DNA from: Octopus sinensis
Taxonomy: Eukaryota
Direction of reading: 5' to 3'
Length of the DNA stretch: 64,000 bases
NCBI RefSeq assembly: GCF_006345805.1
Contig: NC_042997.1
Span: 85,312,001 to 85,376,000, forward strand
This document shows positions 26,790 through 41,701 of this stretch, piece after piece (position 1 is the first letter of the stretch; every line of letters starts with the position of its first letter). The translations under genes were made by a program, and so were the position numbers. The notes under the pieces were generated by a model that worked only from the letters and a program-made list of their open reading frames with translations, did no database searches and was not told where the DNA came from.

Positions 26790-27345
26790 AAGGAGAAAAA
26801 AAAACAAGATTATCAGAGAAGAAGTAAATACAGAGGAAGCAATGGAAAAGTATGACAATGAATACTAAGTTCTTAACTGACGGGTAAAAGGAAGCTGTCA
26901 TACTGACAGAAATACCTAGCTAGACAAAAAAGACAGAGGCAGAAGCAGCCAGTTGAAAAGATCCAAGAACACTATACAGCATAGTATTAAAGCTAAGTGG
27001 AGCAAAAAGTAGCTTAAACATACCAGTAAAGGGTAAACAGGGAAGGGCTTTGCTGACAACGGAAGAACAAAACTGTCAATGGATGGAATATTTCTGAAAA
27101 ACAATACAACTGAGAAAACGGTACGACTTGGGAAGAAAAAGATAGCGAGCGACGAAGTTGATAAACAACAAAGCTGCTGCTTTGGATGAAATCACCACAG
27201 ACATGCTTAAACACGGTGGGAATACTGTAGTGGCCGAAATGGGAAGTTTGATGAATCGTTGCTGGTGAGAGCAGAAAGTGCTATGGAGTTGGCTGGAAGA
27301 AATCATTTTAAAACTGTAATTACTGGTATTGTACCACACTGCTGG
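26790..27345 (+). mobile_element. RTE-clade LINE EN-RT linker fragment (opposite strand to the adjacent 3' piece)
   Basis: PVKGKQGRALLTTEEQNCQWMEYF...KAAALDEITTDMLKHGG (KAxGxDxIxxEMLK motif). Confidence 0.65.
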
Positions 27346-27767
27346 TAAATGCTTGTAAACATATATATGCACGAAATTAAATATTACACTATTTTCTTTT
27401 GCTAAAATGCACATTTACATAAAATGTACATCTTTAGCAACCAAGAATGTGTTTTGTTAGCCATTGGTTAAACACAAGTTATATTTCTTGTATATGTTTG
27501 TATATGTTTTTGTGAACCATCATTTAAAACTAATATGTAGGGTTTTGTTTACAAACATTTTACCCTTTTGGATAGGAAAAATAGTTGCCAGTTTCATTTT
27601 GATCAAAATGCCTGCTACGCCAGCCAATCGAATTATAATTTATTCCGCTTCCCCTCATCTACATTCAACACCTCCCACTACTACTCACTCACCCTTCATT
27701 TGTGGTTTCAGTTTCCCTCTACCAAGTGTGACCGCGAACAAAATCACTGATGTTTTTTATTATGTGA

Positions 27768-27829
<62 letters not shown>

Positions 27830-28559
27830 TATTAAGACTACACGTGTTTTAGGATAATCAGTCAGACAATTTTTGAGATGAAATGTACCTGTATTTCAAC
27901 CAGCTAACCATTCAGCATACACATACATTCATCATTCTGGCCAGCCAGCCAAACATACATCGAATAATCCATCCATCCGTCCATCGATCCATCTACACGC
28001 ACACACATGTTTCATAGTTATCTGTAACTTAATGCAACAAAGTATGCTCTGACAAGCCGTTGCTGTAGAACACACTTGGAATACCTATTGCAGGACACTA
28101 AACAATCATATAGATGAAACGCACGTCGGAACTATAATATGAACTTGTGTTTATCCTCATTTCTCCAATACATATGCTATAAGTATTTGTAGCATACACT
28201 GATACCTGCTTGAATGTTGAAGATGTTGGACTCCTTCCAGACACAACACCAGACCGTGTCTAAATCATTTGTGTATTGTATGCTTTATACTACAACTATG
28301 TAAGATTACTTCATTAAATTATGCAGTGCATATACATCGTTATATTGAAGGAAAAACAAAAGGTGCGATATCATGGAACTGCCCCCAGTTCAATATCATA
28401 AAACACACACACATACATTCATGTATGTTTATACATATATGTATGTATGTATGTATGTATGCATGCATGTATGTATTTATGTATGCATGTGTGTGTGTAT
28501 GTGTGTGTGTGTATGTATGTATGCATGTATGTACGTATGTATGTATGTACGTATGTATG

Positions 28560-28740
28560 AAGGGAGAATTCACAAAAAAAAAACAAAAGACGAAGACAGG
28601 TAGTGTAGACAACAAACAGATGTATTAGTATAACGCTCGGGAAGGGAAAAAGTCTTTAACATTTCGAGCCTACGCTCTCCCACAGAAAGAAACAAGGAGA
28701 GAAAATGAAGAATGTGTAGTGGCTAGCGATCTATCATGAC
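28560..28740 (-). mobile_element. PLE-like tail fragment (same family as 8597-8787)
   Basis: Closely similar to 8597-8787; hammerhead-like motif at 28658-28685. Confidence 0.7.
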
Positions 28741-28808
28741 ATGTATGTATGAAGATAGACAGATAGATACATACATATAGGTGTACACAAATTATGCCTA
28801 TAAATATA

Positions 28809-28882
<74 letters not shown>

Positions 28883-29161
28883 TACAAATATATATACATA
28901 TATACAAATATACGCATATACACACGCAGACATATATGCATATATGTATATATGTGTGTGTGTCTGTATAAATATATACGTCTATGTCTTCATATGTATG
29001 CATGTATGTATGTATGAATGTATGCACGTGTACATGCGTGTATTCCATAAATGTGATTATAAAACGACAACAACATCACCAGCTTCATGAACTCTTCCAA
29101 TCCTAATTCTAATATCTCAAACATCACTTGAAAAACAAACTGATTAAATGGAGGAACGTAA

Positions 29162-29204
<43 letters not shown>

Positions 29205-29304
29205 TATTATTATTATTATTATTTATTATTATTATTATTATTATTATTTATTATTATTATTATTTTTATTATTATTATTATTATTATATTATTATTATTA
29301 TATT

Positions 29305-29335
<31 letters not shown>

Positions 29336-30070
29336 TATCATTATTATTATTATTATCATTGTTATTATTATTTTTATTATAAGGTTCAGTAAAGAGAGAT
29401 CTAAGCATAATCTTTCTCTGTGGTACTTAAAAATGCATAAAATATAATGAAATTTAAATGCAGGCTAAACACTCTTGTTATTTTCTCTTAATTAATTTAT
29501 CTTTTATAACTTTAATCTCGAACGTAATCTAGCTTGCTCGACTCTCTCATCCATTAGTGTATGATATACATAGTTGGTCGCGCTAATGTGGATTCTTTAC
29601 GTCAGTAAAATCTCAATGCTTTTGACTTCATAGCAAACTGGAGATCCTATAAACAATAATTTACTGGCGCTCTTCACATAAGAAGTTTTAAAAAAAGGCG
29701 ACCTATGTTTTAAAGTTTAAAATTTTGAAGAAAATATATAGAAAAGATATTTTCCTTGCTTTACTAAACATAATTCTGTACAAACAAAATTATAAATAAC
29801 ATGTTCTGTAGTTTATGTTTGTTTTTGAGCGTTTTTCAAGATATCTTTATCTTTTACTGGTTTCAATCATTAAACTACAACCATGCTGGGATACTACTTT
29901 GAAGAGTTTCGTTGAACAGACCCACAAAAGAACTCATGTTATTTTTAAAGTCTGGTACTTATTTCATCGGTCTCTTTTGCCGAGCAGCTAAGTTACGGCC
30001 ACGTAAACAAACCAACATCGGTTATCAAACAGTGGGGGAAAAGCAATCAATAACACACACACACACAAAC

Positions 30071-30110
<40 letters not shown>

Positions 30111-30113
30111 ATA

Positions 30114-30200
<87 letters not shown>

Positions 30201-30209
30201 GTGTGTGTG

Positions 30210-30432
30210 TGTCATTATTCAGTTTACTTCAAGATTTCTTGCTAGAAGAGAAAGAACCGGTTTCTAATCTAGACCCACGGTTCCTTCATTGGAATTTCAT
30301 CAACAACAGGGTATTTTTTTATGTATGTATGTATGTATGCATGTGCAGATTTGTATGTTTTATATATGTATTGTCATGCATATAGTTACATATCTAGACA
30401 TGATCATATATATTTAAATGATAAACTTCTGG
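30210..30432 (-). mobile_element. Second, shorter 3' end of the R4/Dong-like LINE
   Basis: Direct repeat of 30580-30790, including the last codons (QKFII*) and the 3' UTR. Confidence 0.8.
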
Positions 30433-30524
30433 AAACACACACACACACACATATACATACACACACACACACATATATATATATATGTGTGTGTGTGGGT
30501 GTGTGTGTATATATATATATATAC

Positions 30525-30556
<32 letters not shown>

Positions 30557-30579
30557 GGGGGGGGTGCGTGTGCGCGTGT

Positions 30580-31688
30580 GTCATTATTGAGTTTATTTCA
30601 AGATTTCTTGCTGGGAGAGAAAGAAGCGGTTTCTAACCAAGATCCAAGGTTCCTTCATTGGAATTTCATCAGCAACTGGCTATTTTTTGTATATATGTAT
30701 GTGCAGATTTGTATGTTTTATGTATGTATTCTCATGCATATATTTACATATCTAAACATACTCATATATATTTAAATGATAAACTTCTGAAAAAATTTAC
30801 AGGTTATTGCAGTTCCAGTGATGGATTGGATCTGTAGTCTTCGATTTAGCTTTTCTTTTCTGGTTTTGAGACGCCTAATTTCTCAAGATTGGTATTTAGG
30901 TAGTGTGTTTCATATCCCAGGACATTTACAAGTATAAACCTGAACTTGTAATCTGGATAGAGTAACTGCAGATTTCTCAATAGTTAGCATAGGTGTTCTC
31001 TTTTTCACTGGTCTTCAGCTATATATTAACATCCGCTGAGCAGTTAATTTCCACAACTGTGCACAGTCTCTCTTCTCTATCCCAAATCATTATATCAGGT
31101 CTATTGTGCTTACATTTTATTGAGGTCTTCACTAGTACATTCCACCAGTATTCCTTTGTCCTCGGGATTATCCTTCCGACGAATTTCATTATAGAGTGTC
31201 CTAGCTACAACGTCATGTCTCATCGGTAGATAATACTGTGATGACATTTTCAGACAACTGCTTATGATGTGATTGATATCTTCAGTGTGAACTCCATAAA
31301 GTTTCATCGGTTGTCACATTTTACTGCTTTTCCTTCATCCCTTTTGTGCCTCAGGTACTGGGTTGATATTTCCTGTTCCTGGATTGCAAACGCATACGCT
31401 TCAAAGTGGGGAGTAGTAATCCGGCTATTCGTCCATGATAAACTGCTTTGATGATCGATGTTATTATCATCAAGGAGCTTTCTACTAACATATCCATGCA
31501 TAGTCTTCTGCTCATATAGTCTCATCCTTTCATCTAATGATACGTTGCGGTAGAGTCGTGCAACTTCTTTGGGCATGTATTCTAGGTTATCAGACACAGA
31601 GTGTTGCTCAAGGAGCTGTCTTCTAAGTCTTATGATGTTATCAGCCTCATGTATGCAAACTTGGTCAAGGGATGCACTTCGACACTTG
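30580..31688 (-). mobile_element. 5'-truncated R4/Dong-like non-LTR retrotransposon (CCHC and restriction-like endonuclease)
   Basis: KTMHGY...SLSW...AIQEQEIST...EDINHIISSC...RHDVVA...HNRPDIMIWD...VVEISC (PD-(D/E)xK-type RLE); stops present. Confidence 0.85.
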
Positions 31689-31730
31689 TATGTATGTATG
31701 TATGCATACTTACTTTATATACATGTGTAT

Positions 31731-31845
<115 letters not shown>

Positions 31846-32833
31846 TACATGTGCATATTTATATATATGCATATCTGTACATATGTATGTATATATGCAA
31901 GTATATATTTAGAATTTATGAGGAATTTATAAGGTGATGCAGAAGTACTCAGCACTGTGACTTCACTATATCTCATAGCAGAAACATATCTCATATATAT
32001 CTCATAACAGAAAATTAGCTATAAGCTAAAGAAGTCGGTTACGTAGTTCATGTTTCCTTGTCATTTATATATAACTCCAAGCATCATTGATTTTAGCCTG
32101 CTTTCATGTTCCTTGTATATATCAAAGTACTTTTCGTGTTTGGGTCTCCTTGAGTCAGAAGAAACGTAAAGCCTGTAGATCTGAGCGATAAACGGATGAA
32201 GGGGTTGCCAAGCGAGTCAGCAATGCTAAACTCAAATACCTAAATGAAGCCCTGTGTCCATTGATAAGTTTAGTGGATAGCTGGTGACTTCTTGTCGAGT
32301 TTATCCACCCTTACAGACAGATATAGACATACTCAACCAGCTTCCACGCACCAATGAGAGACTTTATATTTGTGTGGCCGGTTTAATCACTGACAGCTAA
32401 ACCATGAAATAGATAGTACTGGTTTACCTGATTACCAGCAATAGATCTTGTAACTTGACACATACAACTGAAAATTAATATAAGTAACCAAATTCATTAC
32501 AACACCTTTCTTGGCGTTGCTTTCTATTCAGTACGCTTTACCTTACTAAAACCGCGAGGTGAACGATCCTCAGCTCTCTTCAGTCAACTATCGTCACCAC
32601 AACACATCAGTGAGCAACGAAAAACGCTTTCATAAACTTTAAAGACGGCTAATAGAATCAGTTTCTCCAGATAGCAGAACGATAGTTCATAGAATTCAAC
32701 AACTTCGGAAGTGCCACCATAAATATTCTTTTCTACTCTAGACACAAGACCCGATCCACCATAGATATTGCACAACATACATTAAGCAAACAACTGCAAA
32801 GCCTCCAAAATCATTTCTCGCAAAGCAACATTC

Positions 32834-32864
<31 letters not shown>

Positions 32865-34006
32865 CACACACACACACACACACAAAGAAAAAAATCAAGT
32901 ATGGACATCTTGAAATACAATACACCAACACTGCAAATAACAGAAATATAATTGCAAACGACACAAACAAATAAAGGAAATAAAACAAAAGGCGAGCATT
33001 ACGCTGGCAAATATTTGTGTCCAACATTAACCACAAAACAAACAGTAAAATGCTATGCAAAATAATTAACAGCACCAATTACTTTAAAAATAGCCACACC
33101 ATATCACATGTCACAATAACAATTTCAAGTAGCCTTTTCACACTTTATTAGCGAGTGAACTCGCTTCTGAAACAATTTCCATAAATCGGTCAACGAAAAG
33201 GGGTATTAGAAAGACTAAAATCACGTCTAGACTCCTCCCTTCTTTAAATCAAATCCCAGTAAAGAAATAAGGATATAACAAAACTCAAAGCTTCAGCACC
33301 CTACAAAATTGCGAATATTTATTAAAAATAATAAAGAGCTAAATGAGTTATTTACACATGCAAGCGTCTTTGACTACAAGTAACAACATAGTCAATTTCT
33401 TAAAACCTAACAATTCTAAAAAATTATAATAATTTCAAAAAGTAACAAACTCCCAAGTGTATCAGTATCACTTAGATACACATACCATCTTTTTACAGTC
33501 TGAAAAAATTCTGAAGAGATTCGATCTTCATATAACCAGATTCCACCTTTTATTTTCGAAATTTAAACACAATCCCATGGATTCACTACATTAAAATTAC
33601 TACACTTTAATCATGATTTACGCAGGTCCTGTCTTGCTAAAATAATCAAAACAAGCGTACATTGTATATTCATAGTCTGCGCACAATCTTAATAGACCGG
33701 CATCTCAACTAAACAAATATAATTACAACGAAAGACCACCTTAGACATTTTGAGATAAACGGTTCTTTGTCCTGATGCCAGTTCAACACAGTCTTGTTTT
33801 TTGTTTCTTTTTTTTTCACTTGTTTCAGTCATTAAACTGTGGCCATGCTGAGGCACCGGCTTCGAGAAGTTTTTGGGTTGAATTAATAAACTCTAGTATT
33901 CATTATTTTCTTTAAGGCTGGTACTTATTCTATTGGTCTGTTTTGCCGGTAGAGGGAGACAAACACAGACACAAAGACACGCTCACACACACACACACAC
34001 ACTCAT

Positions 34007-34078
<72 letters not shown>

Positions 34079-34515
34079 GCACACACATATACATGTTCCA
34101 TATCAAAGCATAGAGACACAACCTGTACACCCGTTAACACATTTACACGAGCACTAGTCTTGCCACCCAGTCCATATAAACACAAAATCCCTATATATGC
34201 TAAAACAGACACAGCATCGATAACCTCATGAGTAAGAGCCAATAAAGGAACTTCTGTGTGGCCCCTGGCTCTTCAGAAGTAGCACCTAAATCTCCTTCAA
34301 ATCACTTTATATTAATTTGGGAAAAAAAAGCAAAAACAAATCCTACTATAGCAATGAATAACGTAGTCCTAGATATTGGTGAATTAGAGGGATGGTCACT
34401 ATTGAATGCTTTTCATCATTAGATCTTGATCACTTTAACAACAACCTCATTAGTTCCAAACAACACGCAGGAACACCACACCACTAGAAATAAATAGGAG
34501 AAGCAACTGACTCAC

Positions 34516-34625
34516 CTCTTTTGTGTTCATCACCATAAGGAAATTCTATGGCAACGCTTAGCAACCTTCTTCAGTCCAATACGTTTGTTGCAAAATACTT
34601 AGGAGTGTATAGGAACACATTTGAA
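34516..34625 (-). other. Candidate 110-nt internal exon (5' UTR with possible start codon)
   Basis: Minus strand TTAAC branch-like motif, TTATTTTTCAG| acceptor, AAGAG|GTGAGT donor. All three frames contain stops. It ends ATG GTG ATG AAC ACA AAA GAG (MVMNTKE, phase 0). Confidence 0.6.
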
Positions 34626-34703
34626 CTGAAAAATAATGAATCGTTAATTTGACAAATTCACAGGACTTATGTTAAATTACTGTTTTGATCTTAGTATGCA
34701 ACA

Positions 34704-34741
<38 letters not shown>

Positions 34742-34956
34742 ACACACACACACAAACATATACATATATATGTATATATATATATATAGAAAGAGAGAGA
34801 GAGTTCATATATTGTCATTAAAACTTCCACAGCTTGAAGTTGAGATCAACCAATCAACTTTTGTTAGAAACATCTTTTTCTTGTTTCAGTTAAGAGACTG
34901 CAAATATGCTGAGGCACCAGCTTGAAGGTTCCTTTGTGCCGAGAGAAGCGCCTATA

Positions 34957-35033
<77 letters not shown>

Positions 35034-35247
35034 ATGCATAGATCTGTCTGTCTCCCACAACCGTTTGATAACCGATGCTGGTGTCTTTTCGTCCCCGTAG
35101 CCTATCAGTTTGGCAACAGAAATCGATATGGTAAGTACCAGGTTTTAAAGATAATTGTGTCGATTCATTCGACTAAAATTCTTCAAGGCGATACCCCAGC
35201 ATGGCCGCAGTCTAATGACTGAAACAAGTAACAGATACATATATATA

Positions 35248-35651
35248 TCTTATATAAAATCCGTTCTGTCTGTCTGTCTGTGTGTCTTCTCGGATCTCGG
35301 GCATCCTCCATCCGATTGCGCTCAAATATGATATGTAGATACCAACAGTATCAGGGCGTGTATAAGTCTTGAATGCGATCGATAAAAGTGAGAATGCTAT
35401 CGATAAAGCCGTTTTTGTCCTGCTTTTCTTCTATCAACCTGTATATAACTGCACCATCCATTTTTTGTTTTTATACTGCTTAAAGACACGTTTCTTTCCT
35501 GCCAAGCTTACTATTTAAACCATGTTTGTGTTCTCCCAGTCAAGCCTTATCATTACTGGTACTTTAAACACTTCGGTTGCATATTTGTGTGAATAAAATC
35601 GTTTATCTTTGGAATAGAAAAAAAGTCTATCCTTATTTCTTCTTTTGCTAG
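35248..35651 (+). mobile_element. Non-autonomous Helitron-like element
   Basis: A|TC start followed by ttatataaaa and (CTGT)n, then a ccgatt...caaa motif; ends CTAG|T. The 3' hairpin is weak. Confidence 0.45.
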
Positions 35652-35786
35652 TGTCTCAAATTTAGGTTAAATCAGTGTTTCTCAAAGGGAGGGCCTATGG
35701 GACGGTGGGACAAGTTGTTTTGAGAAAAATTTGGTTTAAATGTTTGACAACTCAGCACCGTACATTGGACGGGGGGCGTTTTGCTC

Positions 35787-35885
<99 letters not shown>

Positions 35886-35984
35886 GAATTTACAAAACAA
35901 CAAAAGACGAAGACGGATGTGTAAAAAACAAACAGATGTATTTGTTTAACGACCGGAAAGTGAGAAAGTCTTTTACGTTTCGAA

Positions 35985-36320
35985 CGGAGCACCGCCTTGA
36001 AGGGTTTTAGTCGAACAAATCGACCCGAGGAATTTCTTGAAGCCTTGTATCGGCTCCTTTAGTCGAACAGCTGTTACATGAACGTAAACACACCAACATT
36101 GGTTGTCAAGCAGTTATTGGGTACAGACACAGACACAAAGACACACACACACATAGATATATACATATATGTATGTATATAAGACGGCCTTCTTTCAGTT
36201 TCCGTCTTCCAAATCCGCTCACAAAGCTCTGGTCGGTCCGTGACTATAGTAGAAGACACTTGCACAAGGTGTCACGCAGTGAGACTGAACCTGGAACCAT
36301 GTGGTTGGGAAGCAACCACA
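35985..36320 (-). mobile_element. SINE family B (head-to-head with the 36368 copy)
   Basis: Reverse complement of family B. Confidence 0.75.
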
Positions 36321-36367
36321 TTTTATTTGATTTAAAGTATGGCGTGTGTTTTAAAAAATGTTTGGGC

Positions 36368-36532
36368 AGGCGTAGCAGTGTGGTAAGAAGTTTGCTGCTC
36401 AACCACATGGTTCCGGGTTCAGTTCCACTGTGTGACACCTTGAGCAAGTGTCTTCTACTACAGCCTCGGGTCAACCAAATCTTGTGATTGGATTTGGTAG
36501 ATGGAAACTGAAAGAAGCTTGTCATATATATC

Positions 36533-36564
<32 letters not shown>

Positions 36565-36585
36565 TAGATAGATAGATAGACAGAC

Positions 36586-36680
<95 letters not shown>

Positions 36681-37540
36681 CAGACAGATATTATAATTCT
36701 ATAGCTGTCTAATGCTATTTCAGGCCTGAAACCACCTATACTACTGGTGTTGTTATCACCAACTATTTATATTACCGGAGATAATAACAATAATAATATA
36801 TATATAAATATTTACTCTTTATTAATATATTTACACTGAAGCTGTTCTGATTTTGGTGGAAAACAATTCCGAACGCCGGCAGACTTCAACGTGACGAGTT
36901 GAAAAACACTTTTTCAATCGGTAATACTTGCTGATGAAGGTAAGGCATTTCACCAGAACCAGAAATCATGATCCAAATATATTCAAATACCAGAATATAT
37001 AGCATTGGGCTATAGAGGTATGTTTAAATTTCTTTAACCCGTTCGCCCGACTACTGTTGATTTTCTGTCGTATTTTTCAGTGTTTCAGTGTTATTGGTGG
37101 TTCAAATGAGGGTTTTAACTCCTCTATAGCTATCTAATGCTATTTAAGGCCTGCAACCTCCTATATTTTTCTTGTTATTATCAACTACTTATATTACCGC
37201 AGATAATAATAACAATAATAGTATCTATATAAATATTCACTTCTGAATATTTACTCCCGATATGTGTGTGCGTGTGTGTATCTTTGTGTATATGTATATT
37301 TGTGTGTGTGTGTGTGTGTGTGTTTGTGTCTATGTTTGTCCCTCCATCACCGCTTAACAACCGGTGTTGGTGTGTTTACTACCCCGTAACTTAGCAGTTC
37401 GGCAAAAGAGACCGACAGAATAAGTACTAAGCTTAAGAAATAAGTTCTGGGGTAGATTTATTCAACTAAAACACTTCAATGCGGTGCTCCAGCATAGCCA
37501 CAGTCAAATGACTGAAACTAGTCAAAGAATAAAAGAATAA
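36368..37540 (+). mobile_element. SINE family B (tRNA head plus CORE-like domain), split by an insertion of about 700 bp in its microsatellite
   Basis: Head 36368-36530 with gggttcagttcc and tgtgtgacaccttgagcaagtgtctt (CORE-like); the 3' half resumes at about 37320. Confidence 0.7.
36698..37258. repeat. Imperfect direct repeats of about 135 bp, about 425 bp apart
   Basis: tctatagctgtctaatgctatttcaggcctg... at 36698 versus tctatagctatctaatgctatttaaggcctg... at about 37122. Confidence 0.8.
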
Positions 37541-37849
37541 CCACTCCACTATGTGTTCGCTTAAATCATAAATGAGAATAGTTTCTAATACACAAATAAA
37601 CAGAATGGTCATAGTTGAAACACCTTCGATCATTTGTCTGCTCAATTACAGACCTCGATTAACCAACCACCCTATAAACATGTAATGAGCTGGAAAAAAC
37701 AATCCTCGTTTCAAACCAACCTGCAAACAGTTTGCTTGTTTTTTGCAAATAACATTTTCCGATACATTTAATAGAAACATTTACTTTTTGGGTTTAATTA
37801 GACTTTGTAACACAATTTTTATTGCTGGTTATTCGGTGTTATTTGCTAA

Positions 37850-39050
37850 TCGCTAAAGTCAAGAAAATGGCCATTATCACCTTCAAATTTCGCTTTTGTA
37901 ACCTGGCTAATTATATTTACTTATTTCCGATGGGAAAACAAGAGAATACGCACATTTTAATTCGTTTAAGGTTAGAGAGAAAATGAATAAGATATGAATC
38001 AAATTTAACGTGCTTTTATATTTAGTGCAGAGAAGTTTACAAGAGAATAGTTTTTTGCGATTCGCGACTGTAACATAACTCACTTTCGCATGTGAGTCAC
38101 CAAATGTAGTCTCCGATCGGGTTTTCGTTATACTTTTCTTGGAATCAGCCGTTCAAAGACCAATGTATATACTCTAGTAAAAGCACTGGGATATACTGAA
38201 TTTCCTGAGTATGCTCCTAGTTTTTCCTTGAATTTATCAAGATAAACATTAAAGATATGAATTTTCAGGGACATTCTGCAGTTCACTTCACTTTAGTCCT
38301 TCATCTGTTCATTTTACTTCAGTTCATCTTTCGCAACCAGCTCCACACATTTTTCTGCTTTGTGAATAAGGGAAAATCCAAATAACTGAGACAAAATTGT
38401 TCCAAGCTGCTTTTTCTGCTTGCTACTGAGTATGGTGGAGGATTTCGTGCATTCCTAGATCTTCTGTTGTCCGACAAATACATTTGCTTTGGTCTTTGCT
38501 ACAGATACCACAGGGAAGAATTCTTGAAGGTATTTCAAAACGGAACATTCCTTATCAAGAGCCGGGACAAATTGCTTCATAAAGCACAATGATGGGAGTA
38601 ACACCTTCCAAAGCTCTCCCAGTATCTCACACTTGACTCCGGAGAACTCTCATTCGAGTCCTTCCCCACTTGTGTTAGTGCGCAACAGTGTCCCTGCTTC
38701 CCCATAGAGAAAGATAGTAAGGAAACTTGGTAAAGTCACCTTGGTAACTTTATCAAGAATGCCACTATCTTGGAGTCTCCGATAAACGTCACACCTTATT
38801 AATCACACTCATTGAAGGCAAACAGCAAAATTCTTGATGCTGATGTATTCTTCTTTGAGGTGCACGAAATAAACCTGAGGGAGAGAAGGAAACATCTTTC
38901 CATTATGGAGCAATACGGCTTTGAGAATACTAGACGAGCTGGCAATGAAGTGGTGACGCTCATTTGAGTTACAGGTGATTCATTTTGACGGCTGAAGAAC
39001 CTTGAAAAATCCAAGACCCTATTCCCGTAGCATGTAAGTCGCACACTTTT
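37850..39050 (-). pseudogene. Chapaev3-like (CMC) transposase remnant
   Basis: FIASSSSILKAVLLHNGKMFPSLP..HLKEEY...GDSKIVAFL..QGDFTKFPYYLSLWGSRD...FMKQFV.ALDK...MSLKIH...GDYIW; multiple stops and frameshifts. Confidence 0.7.
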
Positions 39051-39208
39051 TCTCTGCTCATTCTCTCCCTAACAGCATCCCTGAAATTGCAATCCGTATT
39101 TTCAACGTCTTCTGACTTGCTGCTCTCTTCTAAAAACGGCTCTCTCTTTCAATCTCTTTCTCCCTCTCTCTCTCCCTCTCTCTCCCCCTCTCTCTCTCCC
39201 TCTCTCTC

Positions 39209-39254
<46 letters not shown>

Positions 39255-40280
39255 ACCCTTTAATTTTCACTCACCCTCTCTCTTCCTCCCTCCTCTCTCT
39301 CTGTGGCAGAATGGGTGCGGGTAGTTCAGGACAGTGAGTGACAACGCGATGTATAATGAAAGGTACGATTACATGATAGCGAAGGAATTCTTGCCAATAT
39401 GATGTTTGGAAAGGCCCATTAAGTACAGGTGATAGTTGATTACGAAGTCAGTAGGTTTTCGCCATTATCTTGGGAGGGATGACGGACTGCGTTGTTTTTG
39501 TTTTCTTATATGTACCATCCTGCAAATGAACAATATGCAAATCTTTTTAAGAAAAAGTAAAATTATCTTAACTACGACTGATGTGTAAAATATTTTTCAT
39601 ATATTTCTTATTTAATATATTTTTTTTTATCATATTGGAAATTTTACATCTTAACTTCTAGAGTTTTGGGAAAGCTTACATGTTAAATTAGGTGCCCAGA
39701 GTTTGCTTTGACCCCAGGTCAAACATGAAGAAATATGCGGTGAGAGCTTTATATAGTTCATCAGATTCTACCACTGTATATTTTGGCTTTTCTCTTGATA
39801 AATTAGTCATCAGACATGGCAAAATGCGTCTACAGATGCTCGCAGCGTTTTGACACCACCTCTAGTAGATGTATGTATGCCTATCTACATATACAACCAG
39901 AACTGCAGTGATGAGCTTTGGGACATGGTATTCTTATTACTATTTCTATTACTGGAAAATTCTAACAAGTTCTTGGAAAAATCTTGAAATTCCAATAAAA
40001 TTTACAATCACTCATCACTGAATCTATCTAAAATGTTCTACAAAACAGGATACTTTCAAAGTACCATTGCCGAGATTACAAAAGCAAGGTTTAAATAGAA
40101 TAATAGCTATTTCTAAAACATTTCAGGCATATGCAATGAGGAAATAACACTTACTGTTCTGGAACAAGAAGGAATAAACATAACTTTATTTGTGTTTTTT
40201 ATCCTGCTGTTATAAAAAAAACTGGAAAATTCTCTACCATCTCGCCATATAAAATAACAACAACAACAACAACAATAATA

Positions 40281-40392
<112 letters not shown>

Positions 40393-40432
40393 TAATAATA
40401 ATAATAATAATATAATAATAATAATAATAATA

Positions 40433-40495
<63 letters not shown>

Positions 40496-41126
40496 GCCAT
40501 TCTACTGTAGGCAAAAGACCTGAAATTTTGGAGGAAGGGGACTACACAATTAGATTAACCCCAGTGCTCAGCTGGTACTTATTTTATCGAAGTCGAAAGG
40601 ATGAAAGGCAATGTCGACCACGTCGGTATTTGAACTCTGAACCGTAAAGAATTGCTACTAAACAATTTTCCGGGTCGTCGCCTTCACTATTACAACAATA
40701 ATAACTTCTAACATAGGGAGTAATTAGTTGGGGGTGAGGAACAGTCGATTATATCGCCCCTAGTACTTTATTTTATCAACCACGGAAAGCAAAGATGACT
40801 TCGGTGGGATCAAAAACTCAAGCATTTTCTCCAACACTCTACAGATTCCTCTGCCAATCCATAAATAATTGACTTGTTGAAAATAGTAGCCAATCTCCCT
40901 TAAATCACATCCTGCAGTTATGAAAATCAAAAAGGGGACGCACACACTGGTTAATGCTGTCCTACGTACACCATGTCTTAAAAATGATAGGTACGTATTT
41001 CATCAAGGATGAGAGGCAAAATCGAACTCGACGGAATTTGGACTTAGAACATGAAGACGAAATGCCGCTAAGCATTTTGCCCGGCCTGCTAACGGTTCTA
41101 CATCAACAACAACAGCAACCACATCA

Positions 41127-41160
<34 letters not shown>

Positions 41161-41500
41161 GGAGGAGGAGGAGGAGGAGGAGGAGGACGTGGAGGCCGAG
41201 GAGGAGGAGGAGGTGGAGGACGACGATGATGATGATGATGACGATGGTGATGATGATGAATGATGATGGTGACGATGATGATGACGACGACGATGATGAT
41301 GACGATGACGGCTACGATGATGATAATGATGTTTGAGCTTTTTCTTTATTAATCGTTGTAACTGTAAAGTAACGGTGTTAATTGTTATAGTTTTGTAATT
41401 GTAGTAATTGGCACACTCATAATTTATAATGTAATTTAGGCAGAGCAGACGTTTGGGCGTTAGATTCCAGCGCAAATTCTTCTATTTTTATAATAGTAAC

Positions 41501-41545
<45 letters not shown>

Positions 41546-41644
41546 GGTGGTGGTGGTGGTGGTGGTGGTGGTGGTGGTGGTGGTGGTGGTGGTGGTGGGT
41601 GGTGGTGGTGGTAGTAGCAGTGGTGGTGTTGGTCGTCGTGTAGG

Positions 41645-41701
<57 letters not shown>

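Noticed and set aside
30250-30680. ctgatga...gaaac in the R4-like 3' UTR (minus strand) as a hammerhead
   Set aside because: I could not form stem II closing directly onto GAAA.
32580-33760. Possible I/Jockey-like LINE relic (FVSNINHKTNSKMLCKII)
   Set aside because: A single weak motif, too degraded to call.
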